Positions 41,814-51,943 of a stretch of DNA of 56,222 nt are shown here, in pieces (the stretch's first letter is position 1; every line of letters begins with the position of its first letter). Origin of the DNA: an uncultured bacterium. GTDB lineage: Bacteria; Patescibacteriota; Minisyncoccia; Phycocordibacterales; UBA2100. The stretch is taken from assembly GCA_903824595.1 (NCBI GenBank), contig CAIJXH010000008.1, positions 1-56,222 of the forward strand. Direction: 5' to 3'. The notes under the pieces were generated by a model. That model did not search any database. It saw only the letters and a list, made by a program, of their open reading frames with translations, and was not told where the DNA came from. A program made the translations under genes and the position numbers.

Positions 41814-43505
41814 CTATGCAATCGTCTCGAGCATCGCTTCGTCGAGCAAATTGACAACGCGACCGAGTTCGTCGAGGGAAGTGACTCCTTGGAGTACTTT
41901 CACGGCGCCGTCTTGCGCCATGCGGCGGATGCCTTGGTGACGTGCGGCTTTCCAGATATCGCGCTCGGACGAAGAGTGTCGCACGCACTCCTCGATCTCT
42001 TTGTCCATGAGAATGACCTCGACGACGGCGACGCGTCCTTTGTAGCCGATGCCACGGCAGGCAGGGCAGCCTTTTGCCACATACATGGTGTCGCGATTTT
42101 GCGGCAGTTCTTCGCTGTGCGGCATGTTTTTGAGAAGAACGTCCATAATCTTTTTGTCGTCACCCTCGATTGGTTTTGCCTCGCGGCATGCGGGGCAGAG
42201 TTTGCGGACGAGACGCTGTGCCATCGCGCAGGTGACGGCAGCGCCCAAGACGTCGGCGTTGATACCCATGTCGAGGAGGCGGGGGAAGGTGCCTCCAGCA
42301 TCGTTGGTGTGGAGGGTGGAGAAGACGAGATGACCAGTGAGTGATGCTTGGATCGCAGTCGTTGCTACTTCGGCATCGCGGATTTCGCCGACCATGATGA
42401 TGTCGGGGTCTTGGCGCAGAGTGGAGCGGAGCCCTTCGGCAAAGGTGTAGTCTTTCGACACCTGCGTCTGCACGATGCCGGGAAGGTGATATTCGATCGG
42501 GTCTTCGATGGTGATTATCTTGATGCCCGGGTCGTACACCTTGCGCAAAAAGGCGTAGAGCGTGGTCGTCTTGCCGCTTCCAGTCGGGCCGGTATTCAAA
42601 ATCATGCCGTTGGGCTTTGCGATTTCTTTGTTGAAAATGTCCATGAGGTACGTGTCGAAGCCGAGTTTGTCCATGGGGACGGCGATGGTGTTGGGATCGA
42701 GGACGCGCATGACGATGGTCTCGGCGTACGCGCCGGGGAGAATACTCGAGCGGATCTCGATCTCTTTTTCTTGCACGACGATCGAAAAACGTCCGTCTTG
42801 CGCCGCGTTTTTGATGTTGAGTTTGAGTCCGGAGAGGAGTTTGATGCGCGAAGATATGAGCGCGTAGGTAGATGCGTCGAACGTCGCCGCTTCGATGAGG
42901 ACGCCGTCGAGTCGGTAGCGCATGCGCACCGCGGTGTCGCTCGGCTCGAGATGGATGTCGGACGCACCGAGCGAGAGTGCGCCTGCCATGACGATCTCCA
43001 AAATGCGCGACACGCGATGCGTATCTTTGCTTGCCGCAAACGCACTGATCTCTACGCGCACGTCCTCGATGGTTTTGAGCTTTTGGAGCATCTGCACGAT
43101 CGTCTCGGTGGAGAGTGTGAGGATGCCGGCTTCGGTCTCGGTGGCGTAGGAGATGTCGCGGTAGCGTTCCCATGCGTGTTCGAGCGAGGCGCGCGAAGCC
43201 ATGAACCGCTGCGTGGTGTAGCCAAGATTCTCGAGACTGACTATGGATTGAAGGGCGTTTGGATTTTCTGGAGCACGCATGGCAACAAACACTTTCTTAT
43301 TTATCTTGCGAAACGCAGCGATTTCATTGGTGTGCGCTTCTTGCTCGGGAATGAGACGTAGCGCGTCGGTGTCGATGGATTTGGAGGTGAGGTCGACGTA
43401 CTCAACACCGTATTTTTTTGAAAGCATCTCGGCGAGCTGCTCTTCCTCGTGCAAGCGCAAATCATGTAGGCGCTCATCCTGCTTGCGTTCATTGAATTGA
43501 GTCAT
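41814..43505 (-). CDS. pilB: type IV pilus assembly ATPase PilB/GspE family
   Basis: Walker A GPTGSGKTT, Asp box, Walker B, His box, and a tetra-Cys motif (CPAC...CPAC). Confidence 0.93.
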   Translation of the reverse strand: MTQFNERKQDERLHDLRLHEEEQLAEMLSKKYGVEYVDLTSKSIDTDALRLIPEQEAHTNEIAAFRKINKKVFVAMRAPENPNALQSIVSLENLGYTTQRFMASRASLEHAWERYRDISYATETEAGILTLSTETIVQMLQKLKTIEDVRVEISAFAASKDTHRVSRILEIVMAGALSLGASDIHLEPSDTAVRMRYRLDGVLIEAATFDASTYALISSRIKLLSGLKLNIKNAAQDGRFSIVVQEKEIEIRSSILPGAYAETIVMRVLDPNTIAVPMDKLGFDTYLMDIFNKEIAKPNGMILNTGPTGSGKTTTLYAFLRKVYDPGIKIITIEDPIEYHLPGIVQTQVSKDYTFAEGLRSTLRQDPDIIMVGEIRDAEVATTAIQASLTGHLVFSTLHTNDAGGTFPRLLDMGINADVLGAAVTCAMAQRLVRKLCPACREAKPIEGDDKKIMDVLLKNMPHSEELPQNRDTMYVAKGCPACRGIGYKGRVAVVEVILMDKEIEECVRHSSSERDIWKAARHQGIRRMAQDGAVKVLQGVTSLDELGRVVNLLDEAMLETIA

Positions 43506-43581
43506 GGCACCATTCTATCTCATCGCGCGCAATCTGCATCCATGCGCACGCATTCTTTCGCTCGTGCGGTATACTTTATCC

Positions 43582-44880
43582 ATGTCAACGTTGTTCACTG
43601 GGCACAGTCGAGGTGTCTCAATACTCGAAGGCGTCATTATTACCGCGCTTCTGGGCGGCGGGGTGAGCGCCGTGGCGCCGCTGTCGCAGGTGGGTGCGGT
43701 TGGTGAGGTTACGAACAGTACCCCACAGGCTGAAGAAATAAAGAAACTTTGTGAGCAGCAGATCAGTGAGGCTATGAGCCATGCTGGTGCGAGTTTGCCG
43801 CACACGCAAATCGTTGGGTCTGGCGCTTCTGCTGCCGTGACGGAAACGTCGAAATGCGTCGGAGCTGCCCTTGATCCAGTAAAAGTTGGGCAAAACATGC
43901 CTCTTGACGCATATGCAAAACTCAAACAAGATAAAAGCTCGTACCGATGTACCGGAAGAATCGCGACAGTTACGTTCAGTCGCGTCGCGGGTACGCTTAC
44001 GATTGAAACAAGACCGGATGAATCCAAAGCATCTCCCGTGCCGCCCGGCACATGCAAGACGCAAGTGTGCGAGAGTGGCGTGTGTCACGCGATTAGTTTT
44101 GGCGGGAACGCTCTCATGAATACCTGGTTCAAAAATTCTGGTTCGTTGTCGTCGAATCCTGCTGCGGGTGCCGTCGGTACGGCAGACAATCCTATTTCAT
44201 CGGGCGCCACATCAAATCTCAACGACGGTCTCGCAAATCTGGAGAATACAATCAAAACAAAAAAACAGGGGTTTTGCAGCGATGCCGATGCGACATGCTA
44301 TTTCAACATTCCACAGGAAGACATAACAAAAGCGGGTCTCTCCGGCACCAATTGTTCGGACGGGACATGCCGGGTGAGTCCCGACGCTGCATTGCAGGCG
44401 ATCGCACAAGCAAAGAAAGGCGAGCCAATAGCGCCCGCCGCGACGTTTGCGCCTGATTCCGGGCTTACGAAAGCTGCTGACGGCATCGTGACACCAAAGC
44501 CGATAAAGCCGGTGGACATCGTGGCTCTCTCATCGACAAACAACCCCGCTCCAGGGCTTGGCGCAAACGGCGCCAGCATCGTCCCGGATCTCAAGAGTCA
44601 ATTCAATCCAAAAACAAATACGAGCGGTTTTGTGCAAAACCCTGCTAATCAGGGATCTGGCGCGTCGGGTGGCGGACTATCCTCGGAGCTGACTCCGGGA
44701 GATAAGGCGGCGCAGGCACAAGCTTTCGGCTTTCTCACGTCGTCGGGTGCCGCTGGCGGCGCCGCGAATGCCTCGCGATCGACACTTGGCAACCTCCCCG
44801 TCAGTTCGCTGTTCTCGTCGGTCGGCAAATTCCTCGGTTGTATCGTCTCACTCGGCTTTTACTGTCACGCCAATCCATAG
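43582..44880 (+). CDS. pilin-like protein with class III (prepilin-type) signal
   Basis: MSTLFTGHSRG|VSILEGVIITALLGG resembles G|xxxxE prepilin processing. The rest is Ser/Gly/Ala-rich. The gene is divergent from pilB. Confidence 0.55.
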   Translation: MSTLFTGHSRGVSILEGVIITALLGGGVSAVAPLSQVGAVGEVTNSTPQAEEIKKLCEQQISEAMSHAGASLPHTQIVGSGASAAVTETSKCVGAALDPVKVGQNMPLDAYAKLKQDKSSYRCTGRIATVTFSRVAGTLTIETRPDESKASPVPPGTCKTQVCESGVCHAISFGGNALMNTWFKNSGSLSSNPAAGAVGTADNPISSGATSNLNDGLANLENTIKTKKQGFCSDADATCYFNIPQEDITKAGLSGTNCSDGTCRVSPDAALQAIAQAKKGEPIAPAATFAPDSGLTKAADGIVTPKPIKPVDIVALSSTNNPAPGLGANGASIVPDLKSQFNPKTNTSGFVQNPANQGSGASGGGLSSELTPGDKAAQAQAFGFLTSSGAAGGAANASRSTLGNLPVSSLFSSVGKFLGCIVSLGFYCHANP

Positions 44881-44883
44881 GCG

Positions 44884-45948
44884 TTACGAGAGCTTTTCGA
44901 GCATGGCGATGACGGCTTCATTGCGAAGTGCGTGGGTAATATGGGCGCGAACTGCTTCTTGATCGGCGTTGGGGTAGCGTGTATGCGCGCGCTCGATCTC
45001 TTTAGCGAGTCGTTCCTTATCCGCCTCGATTGATTCTTTGCGGGCTATTTCGGAAAGAAGGAGGCGGATTTTTGCACGTTTGTCGCCCGCGTCGCGGATG
45101 CTCTCGCGAAATGATTCAGGAGTCTTCTTGATTTGGGCAAGATAGGCGTCCCATGTTGTGCCCGCACGAGCCACGTCGTCTTTCATTTGTGCTTCAATAT
45201 CGTCAATCTCATATTCTCGAAGCACGGCAGGGTAGGAGATGGTGGAATGTTTGAGTAATGCCTCAAGTATGGCGACGCGACGCTTCTCTTCGGCTTGCAT
45301 GTTTTTTTCTGCGCGTATGTTGGCGCGCACGGCATCGGTAAATGTTTCTGTCGTGTTGTATCCGAGAGATTGCACAAATGCGTCGTCGAGCTCGGGAAGA
45401 TCTTTCGTGTCGGCAGATCGCGCTTCCTCGAGTGCCTGTGTCGGATCGATTCCTGCTTCTATTTTCTCGATACGGGCGCGCTCGCGACGAATGTGCGTGA
45501 GGGTATCAGCGTGATCAGCGTCGGATACGGTTACTTCTTCGCGCGCTTGTTGCATGGCGAGTGTGCGGTAGTCTGGGAGCGTGATGACGGGTGAGCGAGG
45601 AGCGCGTGCAGTAAAAGACACGGGTTTTCCTTGTTCTGGCGGCGTTGTTGTGACGCGTGGTGATGCGATGATAAGTAATTTCTCTGCTGCCAGCAGCTCG
45701 GGAAGCTCGTGCTGAATAGCGTGCTCCACTGTCTGTGTGAGAATCGCGTCTTCGCCGTATAGGTCGATGATCTTCGCGGTGGGCACGTGTCCAGCACGAA
45801 ATCCATCGACGCGCGCCGTCTTTTGTATGTCTTTGATCGTCTCTGTCCTGAAACGTTCAATCGTTGCAGGAGGGATCTCGGCGCGTATTTCTACCTCCCA
45901 CGCCTTGTCATCGTTGGTAATAGATATGTTTTGTAACGTATGGTGCAT
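44884..45948 (-). CDS. tig: trigger factor (short form, no obvious PPIase domain)
   Basis: N-terminal ribosome-binding domain (VDGFRAGHVP) and a C-terminal helical arm domain. Confidence 0.8.
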   Translation of the reverse strand: MHHTLQNISITNDDKAWEVEIRAEIPPATIERFRTETIKDIQKTARVDGFRAGHVPTAKIIDLYGEDAILTQTVEHAIQHELPELLAAEKLLIIASPRVTTTPPEQGKPVSFTARAPRSPVITLPDYRTLAMQQAREEVTVSDADHADTLTHIRRERARIEKIEAGIDPTQALEEARSADTKDLPELDDAFVQSLGYNTTETFTDAVRANIRAEKNMQAEEKRRVAILEALLKHSTISYPAVLREYEIDDIEAQMKDDVARAGTTWDAYLAQIKKTPESFRESIRDAGDKRAKIRLLLSEIARKESIEADKERLAKEIERAHTRYPNADQEAVRAHITHALRNEAVIAMLEKLS

Positions 45949-45985
45949 CGCGGGAGTGTAGCATTGCGCGCGATTTTCTCAAAAA

Positions 45986-46213
45986 CTACAACGCGGTTTG
46001 TGATGATGTGTCAGCTGGGATGAGGGGAAGCGGCGATACATTGTGCTGCTGATTGAGAAATGAGCCCCAGAAATAGAGACCTCCAAAGATAACCAGTGCG
46101 ATGACGATGAGTGCGCCTATGAGGGGAGCGATGCTCGACGCTGGATGAGCAGGAAGCAGTTTCTCATTGAAAGTTTGCGGCGGACTGATTTGTTTCGGAG
46201 GTAGTGGTGGCAT
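45986..46213 (-). CDS. small Pro-rich single-TM membrane protein
   Basis: 75-aa ORF with the TM segment IAPLIGALIVIALVIFGGLYFW. Confidence 0.5.
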   Translation of the reverse strand: MPPLPPKQISPPQTFNEKLLPAHPASSIAPLIGALIVIALVIFGGLYFWGSFLNQQHNVSPLPLIPADTSSQTAL

Positions 46214-46312
46214 GTCGTAAGTATACCTCTCGACAATAGTGCCGATTCTTGACCTTGGTGGATAACTGGATGCCTATCCCCTCACGACAGGATTTCTCGA
46301 GATCGGGGTTTG

Positions 46313-46849
46313 TTAGGAGCTGAACTTTTCTTGGTATAGACGCACTGATTTCTCTACAGCCGCGAGTGCGTCGGAGCGCCCTTTGATGCCGTTGATCTGC
46401 ACGGGAGCTGGCTTGCCCTTTAGATGCTTGTATGTTTCGAAAAAATGCTGATACTCTTTGAGATTGTGCTTGTTGATGTCGGCGAGGTCTTTGACGTCAT
46501 CCCAGCGCTTGTCGTCTACGGGCACGGCGATCACCTTGTAGTCGGATTCGCCGCTGTCGATCATTTCCATGACGGCCACCGGGCGCACCGCCACCAAAAT
46601 GCCCGTCTGCAATGGGAATGTGGAGAGTACCATCACGTCGAGTGCGTCGCCATCTTCCCAGAGCGTTCGCGGCGCAAATCCGTAATCGATAGGGTAGGGA
46701 GCTGAAGAATAGTTGGCGCGATCGAGCTTGATCAATCCTGTCGTTTTGTCGATCTCGTACTTGTTGTTGGATCCGCGAGGTATCTCGATAATGACATTGA
46801 TCTCTTCGGGGGCATTATCACCAAGAGGAACATCGTGCCAAAGGTTCAT
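46313..46849 (-). CDS. ppa: inorganic pyrophosphatase (family I)
   Basis: NVIIEIPRGSNNKYEID and DGDALDV motifs. The start is set at MNLWHDVP. Confidence 0.93.
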   Translation of the reverse strand: MNLWHDVPLGDNAPEEINVIIEIPRGSNNKYEIDKTTGLIKLDRANYSSAPYPIDYGFAPRTLWEDGDALDVMVLSTFPLQTGILVAVRPVAVMEMIDSGESDYKVIAVPVDDKRWDDVKDLADINKHNLKEYQHFFETYKHLKGKPAPVQINGIKGRSDALAAVEKSVRLYQEKFSS

Positions 46850-46960
46850 GCTATGTAGTGTATAGCGTCTGTGTATTCTGTGCAAATTTTCATTCATGAA
46901 CACTCTTTCCACAAGAAAACCGCCGGTCGACACGGCGGTTTTTTCTTCTCAATTATCAGA

Positions 46961-47617
46961 CTAATTCGTCGTTCTAAATGTGGTCGGCCATGTGACGCTC
47001 ACGTTGCCTGCTTGATCGGTAGTGTAGATCAAATAGTAGTACGTGGTGTTTGCTTGCAGATTCGACAGGGTGACGTTTTGCGAGTTGTTGAAGTTCGTGT
47101 TTGCCATCGCTGTCTGACCGCTCACGGTAACAGAGTTGTTGTTCTCGTAGGTCGTAAGAGGGTTTGTGCTGTAGTAGACGATCCCTTGGGCGGATTCATT
47201 GGTGTACCAGCTCACTGCGGCGTTGTTTGCGCTTGTGTTGACCGTGACGCTCGTGATGATGGGAGCGTACGCGCCATTGAGCGAAGTGCCACCTGCCATT
47301 TGAAGATTGAGAACAGGTAATGTGACGGGGCCAACGCGACCGACCGCAGCGATCCCGTTGCGATTCTGGAAATTAGACACCGCTGCTTTCGTGAGAAATC
47401 CGTAGTAACTGGTGACGAGTCCTTGGGGGTAGAGCGTTTTATCACTTGCGAGAAATGTCTGAAGTGCGGAGACATCCGTGCCAGACATGCCAATATCGAG
47501 CTGGCGGTTGAGGATGTCGGCGTGCACGTTGCCGATAGCAAAGAACAGTGCAAGTGCAAGCGCTGTGGAAACGCCGTACACCCGCATGGTGGCGATGAGA
47601 TTTTTTGTAGTTTTCAT
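46961..47617 (-). CDS. secreted peptidoglycan-binding-domain protein with FN3-like C-terminus
   Basis: Signal peptide MKTTKNLIATMRVYGVSTALALALFFAIGNVHA and a PG_binding_1-like segment (GTDVSALQTFLASDKTLY...FGFLTKAAVSNFQ). Confidence 0.75.
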   Translation of the reverse strand: MKTTKNLIATMRVYGVSTALALALFFAIGNVHADILNRQLDIGMSGTDVSALQTFLASDKTLYPQGLVTSYYGFLTKAAVSNFQNRNGIAAVGRVGPVTLPVLNLQMAGGTSLNGAYAPIITSVTVNTSANNAAVSWYTNESAQGIVYYSTNPLTTYENNNSVTVSGQTAMANTNFNNSQNVTLSNLQANTTYYYLIYTTDQAGNVSVTWPTTFRTTN

Positions 47618-47924
47618 ATAATTGTGACTAGTGGAGTAATTGTTCGTGCGGTTGACTATCCGACCAACCAAGCGTCTCTGCATAATTGGCCGGGGAGTGA
47701 GGCCCTTGATTGAAGCACGTATGGTGAGTCTGCATCTTCTCGGATCAAGCGATCCTCTGAAGCAAAATCTCGTTCCTAAGCGCGCACTAGATATTTTTCC
47801 CCTGCGGTGCTTCGAGAAATAACCGCGGTCGACTCTTGGATACAAACGAGTCTAAAGTGCACTACGATAAGATACTCTTGCTACACAGTAAGCGTACTCT
47901 TTTTATCAATAAAAGCAATGGCAC

Positions 47925-48821
47925 TCACGCGATCAAGGGAAGACGAACGGTAAATGAAGCGCCCTTGTCGATGCCTTCTGATTTCGCATCGATGATACCC
48001 TTGTGTGCAACGACGATACTGCGCGCAATAAACAGACCAAGACCAGAGCCGTTGACCCAAATTTTATTGGCTTCTTCGCCTCGTACAAACCGAGTAAACA
48101 GTGTCTTCAGTGTTTGTTCGGTGATTCCGATGCCGGAGTCGCGCACCTCAAGTATTGCCTCGGCAGCATTGAGTGTAGAGCGTGTAAGGTACACGTGCAC
48201 CGAACCTCCTTTTGGTGTGTAGCGAAGCGAGTTGTCCACCAATACTGCAAATGCCATTTTCATGCGCTCGATATCCACCGACGCATTTAGCTCTCCTTCG
48301 TCGATGTGTTTGTGTATCTCTATTCCTTTCTCTACGGCAAGTGCCTTTGCGTCGAGAATTACTTCTTGTACAAGACCTCGAATATCGACAGGAACCATGG
48401 AGTAACGGATCAAATCCGAGGAAATTTCTGTCGCTCTGGTAAATTCAGTGAAAATGGTATTCATGTCTTTGCAAGACAATACCGCTTTGTTGAGCATATC
48501 TTTTGCTTTTGTCGGTATGTCTCCGTAATCACCGTCTGCAACCACAGAAATACTCGCACTGATCGCGGAGAGCGGACCTCGTAAGCGATTTGCCGTGATC
48601 CATAGCAATTCAGATTTGAGCTTATCGAGCTCGGATATTTTGGCACTCTGCCTATGAAGCTCTTCCAATATGTCTTGCTGCATCTTGTTTTTGGCGGCAA
48701 GCTCGACGCCCCGTTTATAGAGCTCTTCCGTTACAAAGCGGAGCTGTGCCTCCAGAGAAATCTCTCGACTGTTGGGTGCGCTCGGCGTTGTGGGTGCAGG
48801 GAGGTTGTCGGTCATAATCAT
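47925..48821 (-). CDS. histidine kinase catalytic module (HisKA + HATPase_c), no TM segment
   Basis: A coiled-coil segment followed by a HisKA-like dimerisation region (the phospho-accepting His was not pinpointed by eye). N box VLVDNSLRYTP, G1 DSGIGI and G2 GSGLGL. Confidence 0.85.
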   Translation of the reverse strand: MIMTDNLPAPTTPSAPNSREISLEAQLRFVTEELYKRGVELAAKNKMQQDILEELHRQSAKISELDKLKSELLWITANRLRGPLSAISASISVVADGDYGDIPTKAKDMLNKAVLSCKDMNTIFTEFTRATEISSDLIRYSMVPVDIRGLVQEVILDAKALAVEKGIEIHKHIDEGELNASVDIERMKMAFAVLVDNSLRYTPKGGSVHVYLTRSTLNAAEAILEVRDSGIGITEQTLKTLFTRFVRGEEANKIWVNGSGLGLFIARSIVVAHKGIIDAKSEGIDKGASFTVRLPLIA

Positions 48822-49954
48822 TGCAGGCTTTCGGGGATCTCTGCGGAAATATCGTGCAGCATATCCGCTATTGCTTTTTTACTCACCGCCACTGCCGCAT
48901 TGCCAAACATCGTCTTGTATTCCGTCACGAGCGTTTCGATCGTGTTGCGAACATTGATCCCTGCGGCGATATGCGCTTTTTCGTGATGTTCATCGACAGA
49001 GATTCCTTCTATCTTTTGAGCCATGACCCACGCCAGATCGCCAATAACCTCTTGTTGTGCAAAAATAATTCTGGTTACGATCGTATCGGGGGTTGGTGCT
49101 GTGTTCTCGACAAGAGGCGATTCGCACACTCGTTCTGCTACAGTTTTCGACATCGAACCAATGCGTATGAGAGCCATTGTCATGCAGAAATATGATACGA
49201 GATACAAAAAATCACTCGTTCCTCCTGAATAAAATGTTTCAACATGAGCTTGATAGAGAAATATAAAATCAGCAAAATATTGAACAACAAGAGCTATGAT
49301 AAGAAATATGATTGGCTGTCGTATCATGCCGCCCGATGTCTTCCACGAAAGCGATAGCGCAAGAATTGCAATAGATACATACATGGCCTGACCAAGCGGA
49401 TAACCTATATCAAGGAATGTCTTTAGTGGTTGCGACCAGTCGTATTGATAATCTCCGAGAAAAACAATAAACGAGAAACTCAACATGAAAATCGGAACAA
49501 ATAGCACCTGAATCCGGCCAGCAAATGATTTTATCGATATTTCAGCACCAGATAATTGTGCAAGCATATATGCACCAGATAAATAAAACGGGATGCTCCC
49601 AAAAAATCCAATATCAGCTAATGACGGATATGGGATATCAATATGCAAAATTGTCGTGTAAAAACTGAATACAGTCTGCCCGATGCCTTGAAGTAAAAGA
49701 CCTGCCCCGAAACATATCATGCTCATGCCGAGTCGACTATGAACATCTCCCCATACATGAGAATTTTTGAGAGCATATATAGCTCCAAACCAAGCCAAAA
49801 ATTGATATGTAGCAGCCCACACAAGGTTCTGCTCTATCAGTCGAGATTCAAAGAAGAAATATAAAACAGCCCACCAACCTGTCAACATTAAAAAATAAGA
49901 GAAAACAAAAATTGACGAAACATCATGCTTTACTTTGTCAAGAATTTTCAACAT
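48818..49954 (-). CDS. polytopic membrane protein, probable sensor module coupled to the kinase
   Basis: About 8 predicted hydrophobic segments plus a soluble C-terminal domain. The stop overlaps the kinase ATG (ATGA). Confidence 0.7.
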   Translation of the reverse strand: MLKILDKVKHDVSSIFVFSYFLMLTGWWAVLYFFFESRLIEQNLVWAATYQFLAWFGAIYALKNSHVWGDVHSRLGMSMICFGAGLLLQGIGQTVFSFYTTILHIDIPYPSLADIGFFGSIPFYLSGAYMLAQLSGAEISIKSFAGRIQVLFVPIFMLSFSFIVFLGDYQYDWSQPLKTFLDIGYPLGQAMYVSIAILALSLSWKTSGGMIRQPIIFLIIALVVQYFADFIFLYQAHVETFYSGGTSDFLYLVSYFCMTMALIRIGSMSKTVAERVCESPLVENTAPTPDTIVTRIIFAQQEVIGDLAWVMAQKIEGISVDEHHEKAHIAAGINVRNTIETLVTEYKTMFGNAAVAVSKKAIADMLHDISAEIPESLQ

Positions 49955-49991
49955 AAAACATATGGTACACCAACCGCCATATTTGTCGATT

Positions 49992-50942
49992 CTATTTACT
50001 TCGTATTTTGTATTTTTTCAAATAATCAACGGGTCGATAAGATAATTTCATCCTTCTTAGTGAATCGATGCCTAAATCTTGTTCATAATTGATGAGCTCG
50101 ATCCCGTCTTCATAAAGGAGTCTTGCTTTTGATTGCATAAGAAAGTCGAAGACACCAACATATGCAACATCAGCTTTCCAGAAATGGCAAATACTATATT
50201 TATTTGGCAATACCTCATCGAAACTAAAAGCGACCGTCTCGTTGCTTGCTTGGACGGTGGTCAGTCGCACGTTATGAGAATCGAAAGTGTTACATAATCG
50301 TTTGATGCAATGACGTTCATGTTCAATATTAAATTCTTTGTGTTGCTCCAGTTTTCTCAGTTCCCACACGTCTAAAATATGCTCAAGAGTTTCCTCGATA
50401 ATTTTGTCTATCGAATCATGTGTTTCAACACGTATGTCTAGATTTTCTTTGGAAAACTTTCTAGATCTCCCACGTTTAGTCTGAAATTTCAGACCACTCA
50501 TCATAGTTAACTCACGAATTGAATATATGTAATCAAAATTATCATTGTCGTCTTCGAACTTCAAGTGCAATGATTGGAAATTTTCGACTGATATTTCAGG
50601 TACAAGCCTCAGTATTGGGGGCAACCCATTCTTAATGCAGTATTCCAATAGCAAAATAGAAGTCTTCTCTTGTTCGTTATCTCCAAGAAAAGAAAGAAAC
50701 GGCTCACCAGAATGATAATCTGTAAATAACACCACTAAGTTTCCGTTGAGTTCACTAATTTGTCGCTTTCCTTCTGTGTCCCACGCCCAGAGACTTGTGA
50801 AATTAAAATCAGAGTACGGAGCATATTTACTCGTGTATGATTCAATACTTGTCCTATCAGACAGCTCCAATGGTTTAAAGTTAGGGAATGTAGGGATCAT
50901 GTTCAATTTTAGTAACATACTTGAAAGTAGTGACTTTGGCAA
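49992..50942 (-). CDS. DUF2156 protein (MprF C-terminal-like aminoacyl-tRNA-dependent transferase fold)
   Basis: YSDFNFTSLWAWD and DYIY...L...G.KFQTKRGRSRKF are typical of DUF2156 / lysyl-PG synthase C-terminal domains. Confidence 0.7.
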   Translation of the reverse strand: MPKSLLSSMLLKLNMIPTFPNFKPLELSDRTSIESYTSKYAPYSDFNFTSLWAWDTEGKRQISELNGNLVVLFTDYHSGEPFLSFLGDNEQEKTSILLLEYCIKNGLPPILRLVPEISVENFQSLHLKFEDDNDNFDYIYSIRELTMMSGLKFQTKRGRSRKFSKENLDIRVETHDSIDKIIEETLEHILDVWELRKLEQHKEFNIEHERHCIKRLCNTFDSHNVRLTTVQASNETVAFSFDEVLPNKYSICHFWKADVAYVGVFDFLMQSKARLLYEDGIELINYEQDLGIDSLRRMKLSYRPVDYLKKYKIRSK

Positions 50943-51508
50943 GCAAAATGGGTATGCACACCAGTATGTTAGTTAGGAATACATACATGGGATATAGAGC
51001 CAGAGTAAATGTGAAATTTTCCAGAGCGAAGAGATTCAGAAAACTTGCAAATAGTGTAATAAACCATGCCACACTGTCCTCGGAGTGAGAGGCAACCCAT
51101 GCTTTGTGAAATAGTTGGTGCAATCCCGAATGCGTCTACGACTATCTCACTATAGAGACCGATTTGTGCCGATCCTGTTTTTACCCATAGGCAAAATCCA
51201 AAGAGAGCGCCAACGAGACAAGCTATATTGAAAAGAGATAGTGAAAAAGCCTGTCCGTAACGCATCGATAGTATTGCAATAAAGAAACAATCAATTGTAT
51301 ATGTGAAGGGAAGCCATGCGGTGGCACGAGCACCTACACTGAGATAGCTAGCCGTGATTATCAATGACGTAAGAGCAAATATCCACCATGTTATCTTGTG
51401 TGGCTGTGTTGTTCCTCGAAATATTGCAAATATATATCTTGCACTTGCAAAAATCGCACACAAACCTGCGGCAACTCCAAAGCCAGACGAAATAGTCATT
51501 ATTCCCAA
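50881..51508 (-). pseudogene. membrane protein, paralog of 51944..52621, interrupted by a frameshift
   Basis: Frame A (50969..51508) aligns to the paralog up to APTISQS. Frame B (50881..51123) continues as WVASHSEDSVAWFITLFASFLN...LYPMYVFLTN. The shift is near 51113. Confidence 0.6.
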
Positions 51509-51567
51509 TTATACACGTTTTCCTTGTTCCAGCCTTTAGAAAAGCGTCAATATCTATATATTGACAA

Positions 51568-51807
51568 TTACCCCTCAAGGTCTATTGTCTTCTTAGGAGA
51601 CAATCCGGTCTCTGGCGCCCAGCTCAATACTGGGTGAATCGATCTTTGGAATAAGGGTAAAACATGGCTTTCAGACCACGGTTCACCAAAGTCTCGGTTT
51701 GTCGTCTCACACACCGTGTCCAACACCGCCCCTTTCTCCACATTCGATCCTCTCCAATACTCGCCCTTGAATCGCTCAAAAACCTCTCGTATTGCTTTCA
51801 TGGTCAT
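51568..51807 (-). mobile_element. possible truncated transposase/integrase N-terminal fragment
   Basis: MTMKAIREVFERFKGEYWRGSNVEKGAVLDTVCETT resembles the N-terminal HTH region (..Y..A.KKEKG.ILDEFC..TGY.RK) of rve-type transposases. No catalytic domain follows. Confidence 0.3.
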
Positions 51808-51943
51808 ATGAAAGCGACGGTAACCGAATTTTGATCTATCCGCAGGGGTTTGGGTAACAGTTATTTTGATCTATATCGGATCATTGACAAATATGGCGAA
51901 ACATTATATTCTATAACCTTGTTCATTGACATAGAGGGGATGA

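Noticed and set aside
42160-43361. Two 337-aa ORFs (42160..43173 minus, 42348..43361 plus)
   Set aside because: Both are alternative-frame or antisense shadows of the pilB gene, which has all of its ATPase motifs. Arg/His-rich composition is typical of out-of-frame GC-rich DNA.
47618-47924. Riboswitch (for example c-di-AMP/ydaO) in the about 300-nt leader of the peptidoglycan-binding protein gene
   Set aside because: The context is plausible, but I could not find the conserved ydaO sequence blocks or any convincing nested helices by eye.
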